A stretch of DNA of 59,452 bases, filler included, from 4 parts of 4 records of this genome joined end to end with filler, not necessarily neighbours in it; one strand, 5' to 3'. Counted from the first letter of the whole stretch, positions 39,648-49,927 are shown. The notes: generated from the sequence alone by a model not told the origin. Made by a program: numbers and translations.

Positions 39648-40871
39648 GTGAAAAAACTATTCAAAACCGCCCTGAAAATCAATGAGTTGGCCGTCAATAC
39701 CGCGACCAATGCGGCGGATTGGTTTTTTCGCAAGGAAATCCTGATTCAGTCGGGCAAAACTGAATATGAGGTCATTGCTGAACACCTGCCCATGCGCGTG
39801 CGCTATTACGCACCGGCTGCAGCCACACCAGGCGCAAGCCTGGCTGAAGGCGAAATCGAGACTTCAACGAATCGTCAACATGCGGTGCCCTTGGTGCTGG
39901 TGCCCCCTTTGGGAGTTACCACCGAAACATTCGACCTGATGCCCGACCGCAGCCTGGTGAAAGCCATGGTTGAAGCCGGCTTCCGTGTGTATTTGGTGGA
40001 CTGGGGCAAACCAGAGCGCAAAGACGGTCATCTGGGTTTGTTTGACTACAGCCACGACATGATGGGCCAGGCACTTCAGGCCGTGCGCGAACACAGCGGC
40101 TCCAGAGACATCTCCCTGTTCGGGTGGTGCATGGGCGGTTTGCTCTGTTTGCTGTATGCCGGTTATGGGCACGACAAACACATCCGCAACCTGGTCACTG
40201 TGGCCAGCCCGATCGACCTGCGCGACGGCAAAAACATCATGGCTGTGGCCTCCAACACCCTGAATGTCACTGCCCGTTTTATTCGCAAGTACAGCGAATT
40301 CAGGCTGGATCGCATTAACCCTGCCCTGTTCAGCCCACCCGGCTGGATGGTCAGCCTGGGGTTCAAACTCACTGCGCCAGTGGCCAGCATCACCACCTAC
40401 TGGGACCTGCTGACCCGCCTGAACGACCGCGATTTCGTTGAACAACACACCACCACAGCCGACTACCTGAACAACATGATGTTGTACCCAGGCGGCGTGT
40501 TGCGCGACTTCATGGTCCGTTTTGCGGTGGACAACAAACTGGCGCAGGGCAAGGTCAAGATTGGTGACAAATTCTCGGACCTGGGGAACATCACCGCCAA
40601 TATGCTGGTGTTTGCAGGCGAAACCGACCATTTGGTGCCAGGCAGCATGGCCAAGAAAAGCCTGAAGCTCGTCTCATCAAAAGACAAATCATTCTTGCTT
40701 GCACCCGGCGGGCATATGGGCGTTATTTTAGGCAGTCAGGCTCGCGAACATGTGTGGGCCAAAGCAGCAGATTGGCTACGTGGTCACTCACAAGTGGAAG
40801 CGCCTCTTCCCAAAACCCGTCGACCGCGAAACACGACCTTCAAAGGCTCAACTGTCCGGAAAGCGGCCTGA
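39648..40871 (+). CDS. Class III-like PHA synthase (PhaC-like alpha/beta hydrolase)
   Basis: PLVLVPP, FDLMPDRSLV, VYLVDWG, lipase-like box GWCMGG, GETDHLV (Asp), GGHMG (His). Confidence 0.75.
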   Translation: MKKLFKTALKINELAVNTATNAADWFFRKEILIQSGKTEYEVIAEHLPMRVRYYAPAAATPGASLAEGEIETSTNRQHAVPLVLVPPLGVTTETFDLMPDRSLVKAMVEAGFRVYLVDWGKPERKDGHLGLFDYSHDMMGQALQAVREHSGSRDISLFGWCMGGLLCLLYAGYGHDKHIRNLVTVASPIDLRDGKNIMAVASNTLNVTARFIRKYSEFRLDRINPALFSPPGWMVSLGFKLTAPVASITTYWDLLTRLNDRDFVEQHTTTADYLNNMMLYPGGVLRDFMVRFAVDNKLAQGKVKIGDKFSDLGNITANMLVFAGETDHLVPGSMAKKSLKLVSSKDKSFLLAPGGHMGVILGSQAREHVWAKAADWLRGHSQVEAPLPKTRRPRNTTFKGSTVRKAA

Positions 40872-40925
40872 ACCAACCCAGCTGGCATGGACCAGGCGCT
40901 TTAAATCACCTTTTCTTTTGTGCAT

Positions 40926-40943
40926 TTGTCACACAACTTTCAT
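40926..40943 (+). promoter_or_regulatory. Putative Pho box upstream of arsR
   Basis: TTGTCAC-ACAA-CTTTCAT: two 7-mers at 11-nt period, matching CTGTCAT-N4-CTGTCAY and the boxes at pstC and pstS. Confidence 0.55.
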
Positions 40944-40950
40944 AAAACAA

Positions 40951-40974
40951 TTCGATATTTCCATTATTATCGAA
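40951..40974. promoter_or_regulatory. Putative ArsR operator overlapping -10 region
   Basis: Inverted repeat TTCGATA-N10-TATCGAA ending 2 nt before the arsR ATG. Confidence 0.7.
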
Positions 40975-40976
40975 CT

Positions 40977-41312
40977 ATGGAAGAAAACGACATCATCAAA
41001 GCATTGGCCGCCCTCTCACACAGCTCGCGTTTGCGGGTATTCCGAGCCTTGGTGGTCACCGGCCCTTCGGGCCTTACACCGGGGCAACTTTGCGAGCGGC
41101 TGGACATACCGGCAGCCACCCTGTCATTTCACCTGAAAGAACTGAGCAACGCCGGTTTGGTTCAACCCATTCGTGACGGACGCAATCTGATCTACAGCGC
41201 TCAGTTTGCCCATATGAATGGCGTCATCGCCTACCTCACCGAGAACTGTTGCCAAGGTCAAAGCTGCACACCTGTTACTGCACCACACCACAACGAGGCT
41301 CACCATGAGTGA
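40977..41312 (+). CDS. arsR: ArsR/SmtB arsenic-responsive repressor (C-terminal CC-x5-C type)
   Basis: [35 protein letters not shown]. Confidence 0.92.
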   Translation: MEENDIIKALAALSHSSRLRVFRALVVTGPSGLTPGQLCERLDIPAATLSFHLKELSNAGLVQPIRDGRNLIYSAQFAHMNGVIAYLTENCCQGQSCTPVTAPHHNEAHHE

Positions 41313-41642
41313 CAAAACATTCAATGTGCTGTTCATTTGTACCGGCAATTCAGCCCGCTCCATTTTTGCAGAAGCCATTCTGAACCAGCTGGGCCGTGGT
41401 CAGTTCAAGGCCTATTCTGCAGGAAGTTTTCCGGCTGGCCGGGTCAGCCAATCTTGGCGCATTGGGGTGCGCCCGACCCAGCCAAAGCGCAGGGCGATCA
41501 TGAACACATCCTGCATGAATTCCGCAATGTAGGCCTGCTGCTGCGCAAGCGCATCGAACTGATGCTGGCCCTGCCCATTGCAAAACTTGAAAAACTGGCT
41601 ATTCAACACGAAGTCGAACAAATAGGAAAAGTATCTTCATGA
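41305..41642 (+). pseudogene. arsC: Arsenate reductase (LMWPTP-type) with internal deletion and frameshift
   Basis: One frame gives [19 protein letters not shown]...[10 protein letters not shown]; another continues [15 protein letters not shown]...; the middle ~54 codons seen in the adjacent arsC are missing. Confidence 0.85.
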
Positions 41643-42127
41643 GCACCAATGTACTCATTCTTTGTACCCACAATTCAGCACGCAGTGTGCTGTCCGAGGG
41701 CATGCTGAATCACCTCGCCCAGCAGTACGGCAAGGACATCAAGGCCTTCAGCGCTGGCAGCGCCCCCAGTGGTCGCGTGAACCCATACGCCTTGCAAGCC
41801 TTGGCCAATGTCGGCATCGACACCAGCCAATACACCAGCAAAAGCTGGGACGCGTTCACCGAGCCCGGCGCACCAAAAATCGACATCGTGATTACCGTGT
41901 GCGACAGCGCAGCTTCTGAGCAATGCCCTTATTGGCCCGGCAGCCCGGTGAAAACACACTGGGGCTACCCCGACCCATCCAATGAGCTTGAGGAAAACAA
42001 GCCTCGCGCATTCGAGCTGACACGCCAAGCCATTGCCTTCAAGATGATGCAACTGATTCAGCTGCCTCTTGACCGCATGAACACGGCTGAATTGAATGCA
42101 GCACTTGCAGCGATTGCAAGGAGCTAA
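41639..42127 (+). CDS. arsC: Arsenate reductase (LMWPTP-type)
   Basis: CTHNSARS P-loop, SAGS, SKSW, TVCDSAASEQCP, HWGYPDP. Confidence 0.92.
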   Translation: MSTNVLILCTHNSARSVLSEGMLNHLAQQYGKDIKAFSAGSAPSGRVNPYALQALANVGIDTSQYTSKSWDAFTEPGAPKIDIVITVCDSAASEQCPYWPGSPVKTHWGYPDPSNELEENKPRAFELTRQAIAFKMMQLIQLPLDRMNTAELNAALAAIARS

Positions 42128-42133
42128 ATCAAT

Positions 42134-42820
42134 ATGTACTCCTTATCCAAACGCTTGGGTGCCGAATTCTTGGGTACCCTACTGCTGCTGGCCATCGTCA
42201 TTGGCTCGGGCGTCATGGCCGAGAACCTGTCCCAGGGCAACAACGGTGTGGCGTTAATCGCCAACACCTTGGCCACCGTGTTCGGCCTTTACATTTTGAT
42301 TGAAGTGTTTGGCCCCATCAGCGGTGCGCACTTCAACCCGGTGGTCACACTCACCATGGTGTTGCTGAAACGCCAACCGGGTTCTGAACTGTTGCCTTAC
42401 ATCGTCGTGCAACTGGCTGGCGCCTTTTTCGGTGCCATTCTGGTTCACCAAATGTTCGATATGCAGCTCCTTCAGTTCTCTGAAAAGGCCCGCACAGGTT
42501 GGGGAATCTGGACTGGTGAAATTGTAGCCACCGCAGGGCTGTTGCTGGTCATTCTGATGGCCAAGGCAGAGCGGGTTTCTGGCATGGTGGCCTGTTACAT
42601 CGGCGCGGCTTACTGGTTCACCTCCAGTACCTCTTTTGCCAACCCCGCCGCCGCTTTTGGCCGTCAGTTTTCCAACAGCTTTGCCGGTATTGCACCGGGT
42701 GATGTGCCCGCTTACGTAGTGTTCGAGGTAGTCGGCGGCCTGCTGGCCCTGGTTCTGTACAAGGCCTTCGGCTCAAACAATTCGACTGTTACTTCTCAGG
42801 CACCCAACCCGGCGGCTTGA
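42134..42820 (+). CDS. aqpS: MIP-family aquaglyceroporin, arsenite channel (AqpS-like)
   Basis: AEFLGT, SGAHFNPV, YWFTSSTSFANPA; inside ars operon. Confidence 0.88.
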   Translation: MYSLSKRLGAEFLGTLLLLAIVIGSGVMAENLSQGNNGVALIANTLATVFGLYILIEVFGPISGAHFNPVVTLTMVLLKRQPGSELLPYIVVQLAGAFFGAILVHQMFDMQLLQFSEKARTGWGIWTGEIVATAGLLLVILMAKAERVSGMVACYIGAAYWFTSSTSFANPAAAFGRQFSNSFAGIAPGDVPAYVVFEVVGGLLALVLYKAFGSNNSTVTSQAPNPAA

Positions 42821-43649
42821 TCAAGCAAAGCACCCGGTTCTTGAAATCGGGTGCTGCCTTCATTTTCCCAATCAAATGCCCCCAACCGGCCACCGCCTGC
42901 TTCAGCGGGTTGGTGGTTAACACCGGGGTCAGTGTGCCGTAAACTGGCTTCACTCCCGGCACGAATTCACGGTAAGTACCAAACCAGCGATCCCACACAA
43001 TCAAAATTCCGCCGTAATTGCAGTCGTGGTACTCCTCATTCTTGGCATGGTGCAAGCGGTGATGCTGCGGGCAGTTGAACACTTTTTCAAACCAGCCATG
43101 CACCTCGAAGGTTTCAGTGTGTATCCAGTACTGGTAGAGCAAATTTACCGTGTGTGCAAAAGTCACCACCAAAGGGTCCATGCCCAGCAGGGGCAAAGGC
43201 AACCAGAATACAAAAGTATAAAAGGGGCCCAACACTGACTGGCGTAATGCGGTACTCAGGTTGTAGCGCTCGCTGGTGTGGTGATTGGAATGCTCTGCCC
43301 AAAATGCTGCGCAACGGTGGGCCACGCGATGGTACCAGTAATAACAAAAGTCATCAGCCAGCAACAACACGGGGATGAACCACCAGGTGGAGATGTTCCA
43401 ATCCATCACCCGGTATTCAAACAGCCAAAGCATGATGGGGTAGGCCCAAAACACACTCAGCCCCATGGTTACCAGCTTCAAGGCACCCATGGCAATCGAA
43501 CACAAGGAGTCTTTCAGCTCATAGCCAGCATAAAAGCCCTGAGGCTTTTTGCGCATGGCCCAGCCTTCAATTACCATGGCTGCAAAAAAGTAAGGAATGG
43601 CGACCACATACAGCAGCGTGGTCCATTGTTGATAGTCTGGCAAAGTCAT
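42789..43649 (-). CDS. Sterol desaturase / fatty acid hydroxylase family (alkylglycerol monooxygenase-like)
   Basis: His boxes YYWYHRVAH, HSNHH, YWIH, HHRLHH; NYGGILIVWDRWFGT. Confidence 0.88.
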   Translation of the reverse strand: MTLPDYQQWTTLLYVVAIPYFFAAMVIEGWAMRKKPQGFYAGYELKDSLCSIAMGALKLVTMGLSVFWAYPIMLWLFEYRVMDWNISTWWFIPVLLLADDFCYYWYHRVAHRCAAFWAEHSNHHTSERYNLSTALRQSVLGPFYTFVFWLPLPLLGMDPLVVTFAHTVNLLYQYWIHTETFEVHGWFEKVFNCPQHHRLHHAKNEEYHDCNYGGILIVWDRWFGTYREFVPGVKPVYGTLTPVLTTNPLKQAVAGWGHLIGKMKAAPDFKNRVLCLIKPPGWVPEK

Positions 43650-43749
43650 TACAGCGGCCTCGGTGGCAAAACATTACAACAACATTTTTTATTGCAATGT
43701 ATCGTAACCTTCAAACTACCCCCGCTCAATCCCAACTTTTCTGACATTC

Positions 43750-43781
43750 AAAAAGAAAAAGGGTCCCGAAGGACCCCTTTT
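43750..43781 (-). terminator. Intrinsic terminator after pstS
   Basis: Minus strand GGGGTCC-TTCG-GGACCC followed by TTTTTCTTTTT. Confidence 0.85.
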
Positions 43782-43802
43782 CCAATCAAGCCAACTTGAT
43801 AT

Positions 43803-44843
43803 TTACTTCATCACGATTGTCTTGCCGTCAGTTGCTTTGACTGTCTTCCAGGCGGCTTCAATCTTCTTCACTGTTTCGTCTGGCAGTGGAACATAGTCCA
43901 GGTCAGAGCTCAGCTTGTCGCCTTTGGCGTAGGCCCATTTGAAGAACTTCAACACTTCAGAAGCCTTGGCAGCGTCAGCCTGTTCAGTGTGGAACAGGAT
44001 GAAAGTTGCGCCAGTGATGGGCCATGCGGCTTTGCCAGGCTGCTGAGTCAGAATTTCGTAGAAGCTGTTAGACCATGAAGCACCTGCCGCAGCAGCTTTG
44101 AATGACTCTTCAGAAGGCTGTACATACACGCCTTCAGCATTGTTCAACTGAGTGTGTGTCAATTTGTTCTGCTTGGCGTACGCATACTCAACATAACCGA
44201 TAGAGCCTGGTACGCGCTGTACGAAAGCGGATACACCTTCGTTACCCTTACCACCCAAGCCAACAGGCCACTTTACCGCTGTACCTTCGCCAACAGTGCT
44301 CTTCCAGTCAGCGCTAACCTTGCTCAGGTAGTTGGTGAAAATGAAGGTTGTACCTGAACCATCGGCACGACGAATCACGCTGATGTCCATGTCTGGCAGC
44401 TTCACACCTGGGTTCAGGTCAACAATTGCCTTGTCGTTCCACTTGGTAATCTTGTTCAGGTAAATGTTGGCCAGCACTTCAGCGGACAATTTCATCTGGC
44501 CTGGGGCCACGCCCTGCAGGTTCACTACGGGTACAACACCACCGATCACGGTTGGGAACTGCATCAAACCCTTTTCTTTCAGGTCTTCAGGCTTCAACGG
44601 CATGTCGGAGGCACCGAAATCTACAGTTTTTGCGGAAATCTGCTTGATACCACCACCGGAACCGATGGACTGGTAATTCACTTTGTTGCCGGTTTCCTTG
44701 TTGTAGGCATCGGCCCACTTGGAGTAAATCGGAGCGGGGAATGAAGCGCCAGCACCAGTAATTTCAGCGGCGTTCACAGAAGTCATGCTCAGGGCCAAGG
44801 CACCTGCGGAAATCGCTGTAGCGATTGTTTTGATGTTGAACAT
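43803..44843 (-). CDS. pstS: Phosphate ABC transporter substrate-binding protein
   Basis: [39 protein letters not shown]. Confidence 0.97.
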   Translation of the reverse strand: MFNIKTIATAISAGALALSMTSVNAAEITGAGASFPAPIYSKWADAYNKETGNKVNYQSIGSGGGIKQISAKTVDFGASDMPLKPEDLKEKGLMQFPTVIGGVVPVVNLQGVAPGQMKLSAEVLANIYLNKITKWNDKAIVDLNPGVKLPDMDISVIRRADGSGTTFIFTNYLSKVSADWKSTVGEGTAVKWPVGLGGKGNEGVSAFVQRVPGSIGYVEYAYAKQNKLTHTQLNNAEGVYVQPSEESFKAAAAGASWSNSFYEILTQQPGKAAWPITGATFILFHTEQADAAKASEVLKFFKWAYAKGDKLSSDLDYVPLPDETVKKIEAAWKTVKATDGKTIVMK

Positions 44844-44887
44844 TTTTCACCTCACTTATTAAAGTACGGTCATAGTGCCCTACAAAT

Positions 44888-44905
44888 ATTTCAGAATCAT
44901 GACAA
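44888..44905 (-). promoter_or_regulatory. Pho box of pstS promoter
   Basis: Minus strand TTGTCAT-GATT-CTGAAAT. Confidence 0.7.
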
Positions 44906-44929
44906 ATATAAGGCATAAACATAAATGTC

Positions 44930-44965
44930 AAAAAACCACACTTGGCTAACCCATGTGTGGTTTTT
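44930..44965 (-). terminator. Terminator-like hairpin between pstB and pstS
   Basis: AAAAAACCACAC...GTGTGGTTTTT inverted repeat. Confidence 0.65.
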
Positions 44966-45024
44966 CATAAATCAATTCAAATACTTACTGACAGCCGAAC
45001 ATCAACCAAAGGCTGGGAAGTTCA

Positions 45025-45801
45025 TCAACCGAAGCGACCTGTAATGTAATTTTCGGTTTCTTGCTTCTTGGGTTTCAGGAAAATTTGGTCGGTCACGCCA
45101 AATTCGATCAGCTCGCCCAGGTACATGTAGGCTGTGTAATCAGAAACGCGGGCAGCCTGTTGCATGTTGTGAGTCACAATCACCACGGTGTAGTCTTCCT
45201 TCAGCTCGGTGATCAACTCTTCAATGCTGGCAGTTGAAATGGGGTCCAGTGCTGAACAGGGTTCATCCAACAGCAAAATTTCAGGCTTGATCGCAATGCC
45301 ACGGGCGATGCACAAACGCTGCTGCTGGCCACCCGACAAACCGTTGCCGCTTTGGTGCAATTTGTCTTTGACTTCCTTCCACAGGGCAGCCTTGGTCAGC
45401 GCCCATTCCACGCGCTCCTCCATCTCGCCCTTTGACAGCTTCTCAAACAGGCGCACTCCAAATGCGATGTTTTCGTAAATAGACATCGGGAATGGGGTTG
45501 GCTTTTGAAACACCATACCAATTTTAGAGCGAATCAAGGCGATGTCTTTTTTGCTGGTGATCAGGTCTTCGCCGTCCATCAGGATTTGCCCTTCGGCACG
45601 TTGCTCAGGGTACAGGGCATACATCTTGTTGAACACGCGCAGCAAAGTGGACTTGCCACAACCGGAAGGTCCGATAAACGCGGTCACCTTCTTTTCAGGA
45701 ATGCTCAAATTAACCGACTTTAGCGCATGAAACGAACCGTAATAAAAATTCAGGTTCTTCACCTCAAGTTTGATCTTTTCTTCAACATCAATCGTGGACA
45801 T
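45025..45801 (-). CDS. pstB: Phosphate ABC transporter ATPase
   Basis: [46 protein letters not shown]. Confidence 0.97.
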   Translation of the reverse strand: MSTIDVEEKIKLEVKNLNFYYGSFHALKSVNLSIPEKKVTAFIGPSGCGKSTLLRVFNKMYALYPEQRAEGQILMDGEDLITSKKDIALIRSKIGMVFQKPTPFPMSIYENIAFGVRLFEKLSKGEMEERVEWALTKAALWKEVKDKLHQSGNGLSGGQQQRLCIARGIAIKPEILLLDEPCSALDPISTASIEELITELKEDYTVVIVTHNMQQAARVSDYTAYMYLGELIEFGVTDQIFLKPKKQETENYITGRFG

Positions 45802-45823
45802 ATTCTTGGCCTTCAAAGGTCAG

Positions 45824-46741
45824 TTATTTCGAGTTCTTTAGTAGCGAGCGCGCAATGATGTTCAACACCAGCACACCTGCGGTAATCAGGAAAACGCCGG
45901 CCCATGCCAGTTCCTGCCAGTTCGAGAACGGACTGAGCGCGAAGTTGAAAATAATCACGGGCAGGTTCGCCATGGGCTTCATCATGTCGGTGTTCCAGAA
46001 CTGGTTCGACAGCGCTGTAAACAACAACGGTGCAGTTTCACCGGCAATACGCGCCACACCCAGCAAAACGCCCGTCAAAATGCCTGCGTAGCTGGCCTTC
46101 ACGGTAATGGCCATCACCATTTTCCATTTGGGCGTGCCCAAGGCAAAGGCGGCTTCACGCAGAGCATCGGGTACCAGGCGCAACATGTTCTCGGTGGTGC
46201 GAATCACAATCGGAATTTGAATCAAACCCAAGGCAACCACACCCGCCCAAGCTGAAAAATTCCCCATTGGCCGCACCATCACGGCGTACACAAACAAACC
46301 AATCACAATGGATGGCGCAGACAACAAAATGTCATTAAAGAATCGCACGGAGATCGCCAGTTTGTTGTCTTTTCTGGATTCGGCCAAATGAACGCCGGCC
46401 AGAATACCCAACGGGGTAGCAAACAGTGTGGCAAAACCCACCATCAGCAACGTTCCAGTAATGGCGTTGGCCAAACCACCGCCTTCTGCATTGGGCGGAG
46501 GAGTCATTTCAGTAAATAATTGGGCAGACAATCCGCTCACACCCAAGGTCACCGTGGTGTACAGAATCCAGATCAACCAAAACAGGCCAAAGGCCATCGC
46601 AGCCAGCGACAAAGTCAAGGCAACGGTATTCACCAGCTTACGCTTGGACTGCATCTTGAGGCGCATCTTCTCGTCAGTGGCCACTGTGGTCACCACGTTG
46701 TCCTTGGGCACTGATGTCGGGTCGGTGTAAATGCTGCTCAT
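45824..46741 (-). CDS. pstA: Phosphate ABC transporter permease
   Basis: [36 protein letters not shown]. Confidence 0.96.
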   Translation of the reverse strand: MSSIYTDPTSVPKDNVVTTVATDEKMRLKMQSKRKLVNTVALTLSLAAMAFGLFWLIWILYTTVTLGVSGLSAQLFTEMTPPPNAEGGGLANAITGTLLMVGFATLFATPLGILAGVHLAESRKDNKLAISVRFFNDILLSAPSIVIGLFVYAVMVRPMGNFSAWAGVVALGLIQIPIVIRTTENMLRLVPDALREAAFALGTPKWKMVMAITVKASYAGILTGVLLGVARIAGETAPLLFTALSNQFWNTDMMKPMANLPVIIFNFALSPFSNWQELAWAGVFLITAGVLVLNIIARSLLKNSK

Positions 46742-46744
46742 GGT

Positions 46745-47695
46745 TTATCTCCCGTTGCTCGACAGCTTGGCCAGCAGCAACTTCGAAGCGACCAACACAA
46801 TAAACGTGATCAAGAACAACACCAAGCCCAGCTCCATCAAGGCCGATGTGTGCAAGCCTGCATCCGCTTCAGCAAACTCGTTCGCCAGCGCTGACGTAAT
46901 GCTGTTGCCCGGCGAGAACAGCGAAATGTCGTTCAGATAGTTGGTGTTACCAATCACAAACGTGACGGCCATGGTTTCACCCAGAGCGCGTCCAAGGCCT
47001 AGCATGATGCCGCCAATCACACCCACTTTCGTGTGGGGCAATACAATTTTCCACACCACTTCCCAGGTGGTACAACCCATGCCGTAGCCGGCCTCTTTCA
47101 ACATCACCGGGGTCACTTCAAACACATCGCGCATCACGGCCGCAATATAAGGAATGATCATGATGGCAAGCACGACACCAGCGGTCAGCAAGCCGATACC
47201 AATGGGCGGGCCAGAGAACAATGCGCCAATCACCGGCACCTGGCCAATGGTGGCGTTCAAAGGCACCTGCACGTACTTCGCAAAAATTGGAGCAAATACC
47301 AGCAGACCCCACATGCCATACACGATAGAAGGAACAGCGGCCAACAATTCAATCGCCGTACCCAATGGGCGGCGCAACCAGGGTGGAGACAGTTCCGTCA
47401 GAAACAGTGCAATACCAAAACTGATAGGCACAGCGATGATCAGGGCGATGAACGAAGTCACCAAGGTGCCGTAAATCGGCACCAAAGCGCCGTACTCGTC
47501 AATGGGGGGATCCCAGTTGGCGGTGAACAGGAAATCGAAACCAAAAGCAGTGATGGTGGGCCATGAAGCCACAACCAGCGATGCAATGATGCCACCCAGC
47601 ATCAGCAGCGTGAAAATGGACGCCCCACTGGTTAACACGGCGAATATGGCGTCGCCCCGCTTGGTCGGGGCCTTGATCGTCGAGGTATCAGACAT
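46745..47695 (-). CDS. pstC: Phosphate ABC transporter permease
   Basis: [41 protein letters not shown]. Confidence 0.96.
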   Translation of the reverse strand: MSDTSTIKAPTKRGDAIFAVLTSGASIFTLLMLGGIIASLVVASWPTITAFGFDFLFTANWDPPIDEYGALVPIYGTLVTSFIALIIAVPISFGIALFLTELSPPWLRRPLGTAIELLAAVPSIVYGMWGLLVFAPIFAKYVQVPLNATIGQVPVIGALFSGPPIGIGLLTAGVVLAIMIIPYIAAVMRDVFEVTPVMLKEAGYGMGCTTWEVVWKIVLPHTKVGVIGGIMLGLGRALGETMAVTFVIGNTNYLNDISLFSPGNSITSALANEFAEADAGLHTSALMELGLVLFLITFIVLVASKLLLAKLSSNGR

Positions 47696-47756
47696 GTTGG
47701 TAAGTGTTTAATCCAGCAGAAGGTTTCGCGCAGACTGACAAGGTTACCCGCGCATT

Positions 47757-47785
47757 ATGACAAATAAATGACAAAAATTTGACGT
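47757..47785 (-). promoter_or_regulatory. Pho box (three half-sites) of pstC promoter
   Basis: Minus strand ACGTCAA-ATTT-TTGTCAT-TTAT-TTGTCAT at 11-nt period. Confidence 0.85.
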
Positions 47786-47828
47786 ACCCGTGAAATCGAA
47801 TATCACGGGTCGGAAACGTTGTTTTAAT

Positions 47829-49811
47829 TCAAACGGGCTTGCGTTTCATGAACGTAATTGGCACCACCGACGGGGGTGGGCTATTGAAAATATCCTTGCG
47901 CATTTTACCCATGATGTGCATTTCACAGGGTTTGCAATCGAATTTCAGGGTGTACTTTTGATCGCCATTGACCAACACCATGGGCTCCGCTTTCACCTGG
48001 CCCTGAACACCTTTTACACCTTTGGCCTGTTTTGGGCACAAATTAAACGAAAATCGCAGACAATGCTTGGTGATCATGACAGGAACTTCACCAGCCTCCT
48101 CATGCGCCTCATAAGCAGCAGCAATCATCTGCACACCATGTTTTTTGTAAAATTCGCGGGCTTTGTCGTTGTAAACATTGGCCAGGAAGCTCAGTGACTT
48201 TTCCGGGTATTCCACGTAAGGCTGCACCGGCTCCTTGCGCGGCGGGCGTTGCCAAGCCGCAATTCGCGCGGCATTCAAGGCGTCAATCGCCTCGCGGCGC
48301 ATGCCATTCAAGGTACTGGCGGGCACAAACCAGGGCTGGCTTAAATGCACGTTCAGGCCCAAAGCGGAGTAATCGGTGCTGCCTAACTTGCCCAGGTGGG
48401 TTTTAATGCTGTCCACAGCAGTCTCAGGCTGCTTGGCCAACTCCAAATTCATGTCAACTCGCGCGGTGGTGGTAATTCCATCTTCGTCGGTGAGGCTCAA
48501 CTGCAAGCCCTTCAACAAATCGCCTTCCATCCACTCTGTCAGGGTCAACCACACACCAATTCGCCGCTCGGCGCTTTCCTTGGTCAGCGCCATGTCCCAA
48601 GCGTGGTCGCGGTTGCGGTGCATGGGCAAACCGGCCTTCAGTCCGCCATAACTATTCACCGGGTCTTTGGGAAACACCCTGTACACCACTTGGCCATCAC
48701 CTTTGTTGTTCAACTTCTCGGCCCGGTTCACATGCAAACCCACCACCTCACGCTTTCGCATGAAGTTCAAGCCATCGCCGTTGTTCAGTTCGTCGCTGGT
48801 TTGTATATCGATGCTTTTGTCATTCACAGCCACCACATGGCCAATCGGTTGGCCAATGAACTTGGGTGAATCGAATGCGCCAATGTCAATTTTCCGGCCG
48901 CTGGCAAAGTAATCGGTAGAGCCCCGGTGAAAGTTGCGGTCAGGGTCGGGCCTGAAATAGTGGCGCGTAGTACCGCTGGAGGCGCGGGTAAACTCGCCGC
49001 GCTGCTCCATGATCTCGTCCAGCAAAATACGGTAGTGAGCCGTGATGTTTTTCACATAGGCCATGTCTTTGTAGCGCCCTTCAATTTTGAAAGAACGCAC
49101 ACCCGCATCAATCAGGTGCTCCAGGTTGCCACTCTGGTTGTTGTCTTTCATCGAGAGCAAATGTTTGTCAAAGGCCACTACAGCACCGCTTTGATCGGTC
49201 AGCGTGTAAGGCAGGCGACAGGCCTGCGAACAATCGCCCCGATTGGCACTACGGCCTGTTTCAGCGTGGCTGATATAACACTGCCCTGAAAATGCCACAC
49301 ACAATGCACCGTGAATGAAATACTCGATGGTAGCCGTATTACCCACCGAAGCATGCACCGCCCGGATTTCGTCAACCGTCAACTCGCGCGCCAATACCAA
49401 CTGGGAAAACCCACTGTCCGCCAAAAATTTTGCTTTTTCAACGGTGCGAATATCGCACTGTGTGCTGGCGTGCAGTTGAATGGGCGGCAAGTCCATCTCG
49501 AGCAAACCCATGTCCTGAATAATCAATGCATCTACACCTGCGTCATACAACTGCCAAATCAACTTGCGGGCTTCCTCAAGTTCAGCATCGTGAAGAATGG
49601 TGTTGATGGTGGTGAAAATACGTGCATGGTAGCGGTGGGCAAACTCCACCAGCTTTGCAATATCAGCCACCGAATTGGCCGCATTGGCCCGTGCACCAAA
49701 CACGGGTCCACCCAGGTAAACCGCGTCTGCGCCGTGCAGAATCGCCTGACGACCAATCTCAACGTCGCGTGCGGGGGCTAGCAATTCCAACTCGTGTGGC
49801 AACAAACTCAT
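47829..49811 (-). CDS. rlhA: U32 peptidase family protein, 23S rRNA C2501 hydroxylation (RlhA/YdcP)
   Basis: ELLAPA, HGADAVY, HASTQ, HGALCVAFSGQC, RSANRGDCSQACR, FKIEGR; C-terminal MITKHCLRFSFNLC. Confidence 0.88.
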   Translation of the reverse strand: MSLLPHELELLAPARDVEIGRQAILHGADAVYLGGPVFGARANAANSVADIAKLVEFAHRYHARIFTTINTILHDAELEEARKLIWQLYDAGVDALIIQDMGLLEMDLPPIQLHASTQCDIRTVEKAKFLADSGFSQLVLARELTVDEIRAVHASVGNTATIEYFIHGALCVAFSGQCYISHAETGRSANRGDCSQACRLPYTLTDQSGAVVAFDKHLLSMKDNNQSGNLEHLIDAGVRSFKIEGRYKDMAYVKNITAHYRILLDEIMEQRGEFTRASSGTTRHYFRPDPDRNFHRGSTDYFASGRKIDIGAFDSPKFIGQPIGHVVAVNDKSIDIQTSDELNNGDGLNFMRKREVVGLHVNRAEKLNNKGDGQVVYRVFPKDPVNSYGGLKAGLPMHRNRDHAWDMALTKESAERRIGVWLTLTEWMEGDLLKGLQLSLTDEDGITTTARVDMNLELAKQPETAVDSIKTHLGKLGSTDYSALGLNVHLSQPWFVPASTLNGMRREAIDALNAARIAAWQRPPRKEPVQPYVEYPEKSLSFLANVYNDKAREFYKKHGVQMIAAAYEAHEEAGEVPVMITKHCLRFSFNLCPKQAKGVKGVQGQVKAEPMVLVNGDQKYTLKFDCKPCEMHIMGKMRKDIFNSPPPSVVPITFMKRKPV

Positions 49812-49927
49812 GATTTCACTGATATTTCTGGCAAGGGGTGAACATTATTTCAAAAAGCCGGTCTGATTGAAAGCAAAACCGTGGTTGGTTCCACAATCCG
49901 TTTGAATGTTGCACAAGGAGTACTTGC

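Noticed and set aside
41305-41642. Programmed frameshift producing a full ArsC
   Set aside because: No slippery site at the junction, and about 54 codons including the resolving Cys pair are physically missing.
43671-43700. Imperfect palindrome ACATTACAAC...ATTGCAATGT upstream of the desaturase as an operator
   Set aside because: Several mismatches and no cognate regulator nearby; insufficient support.
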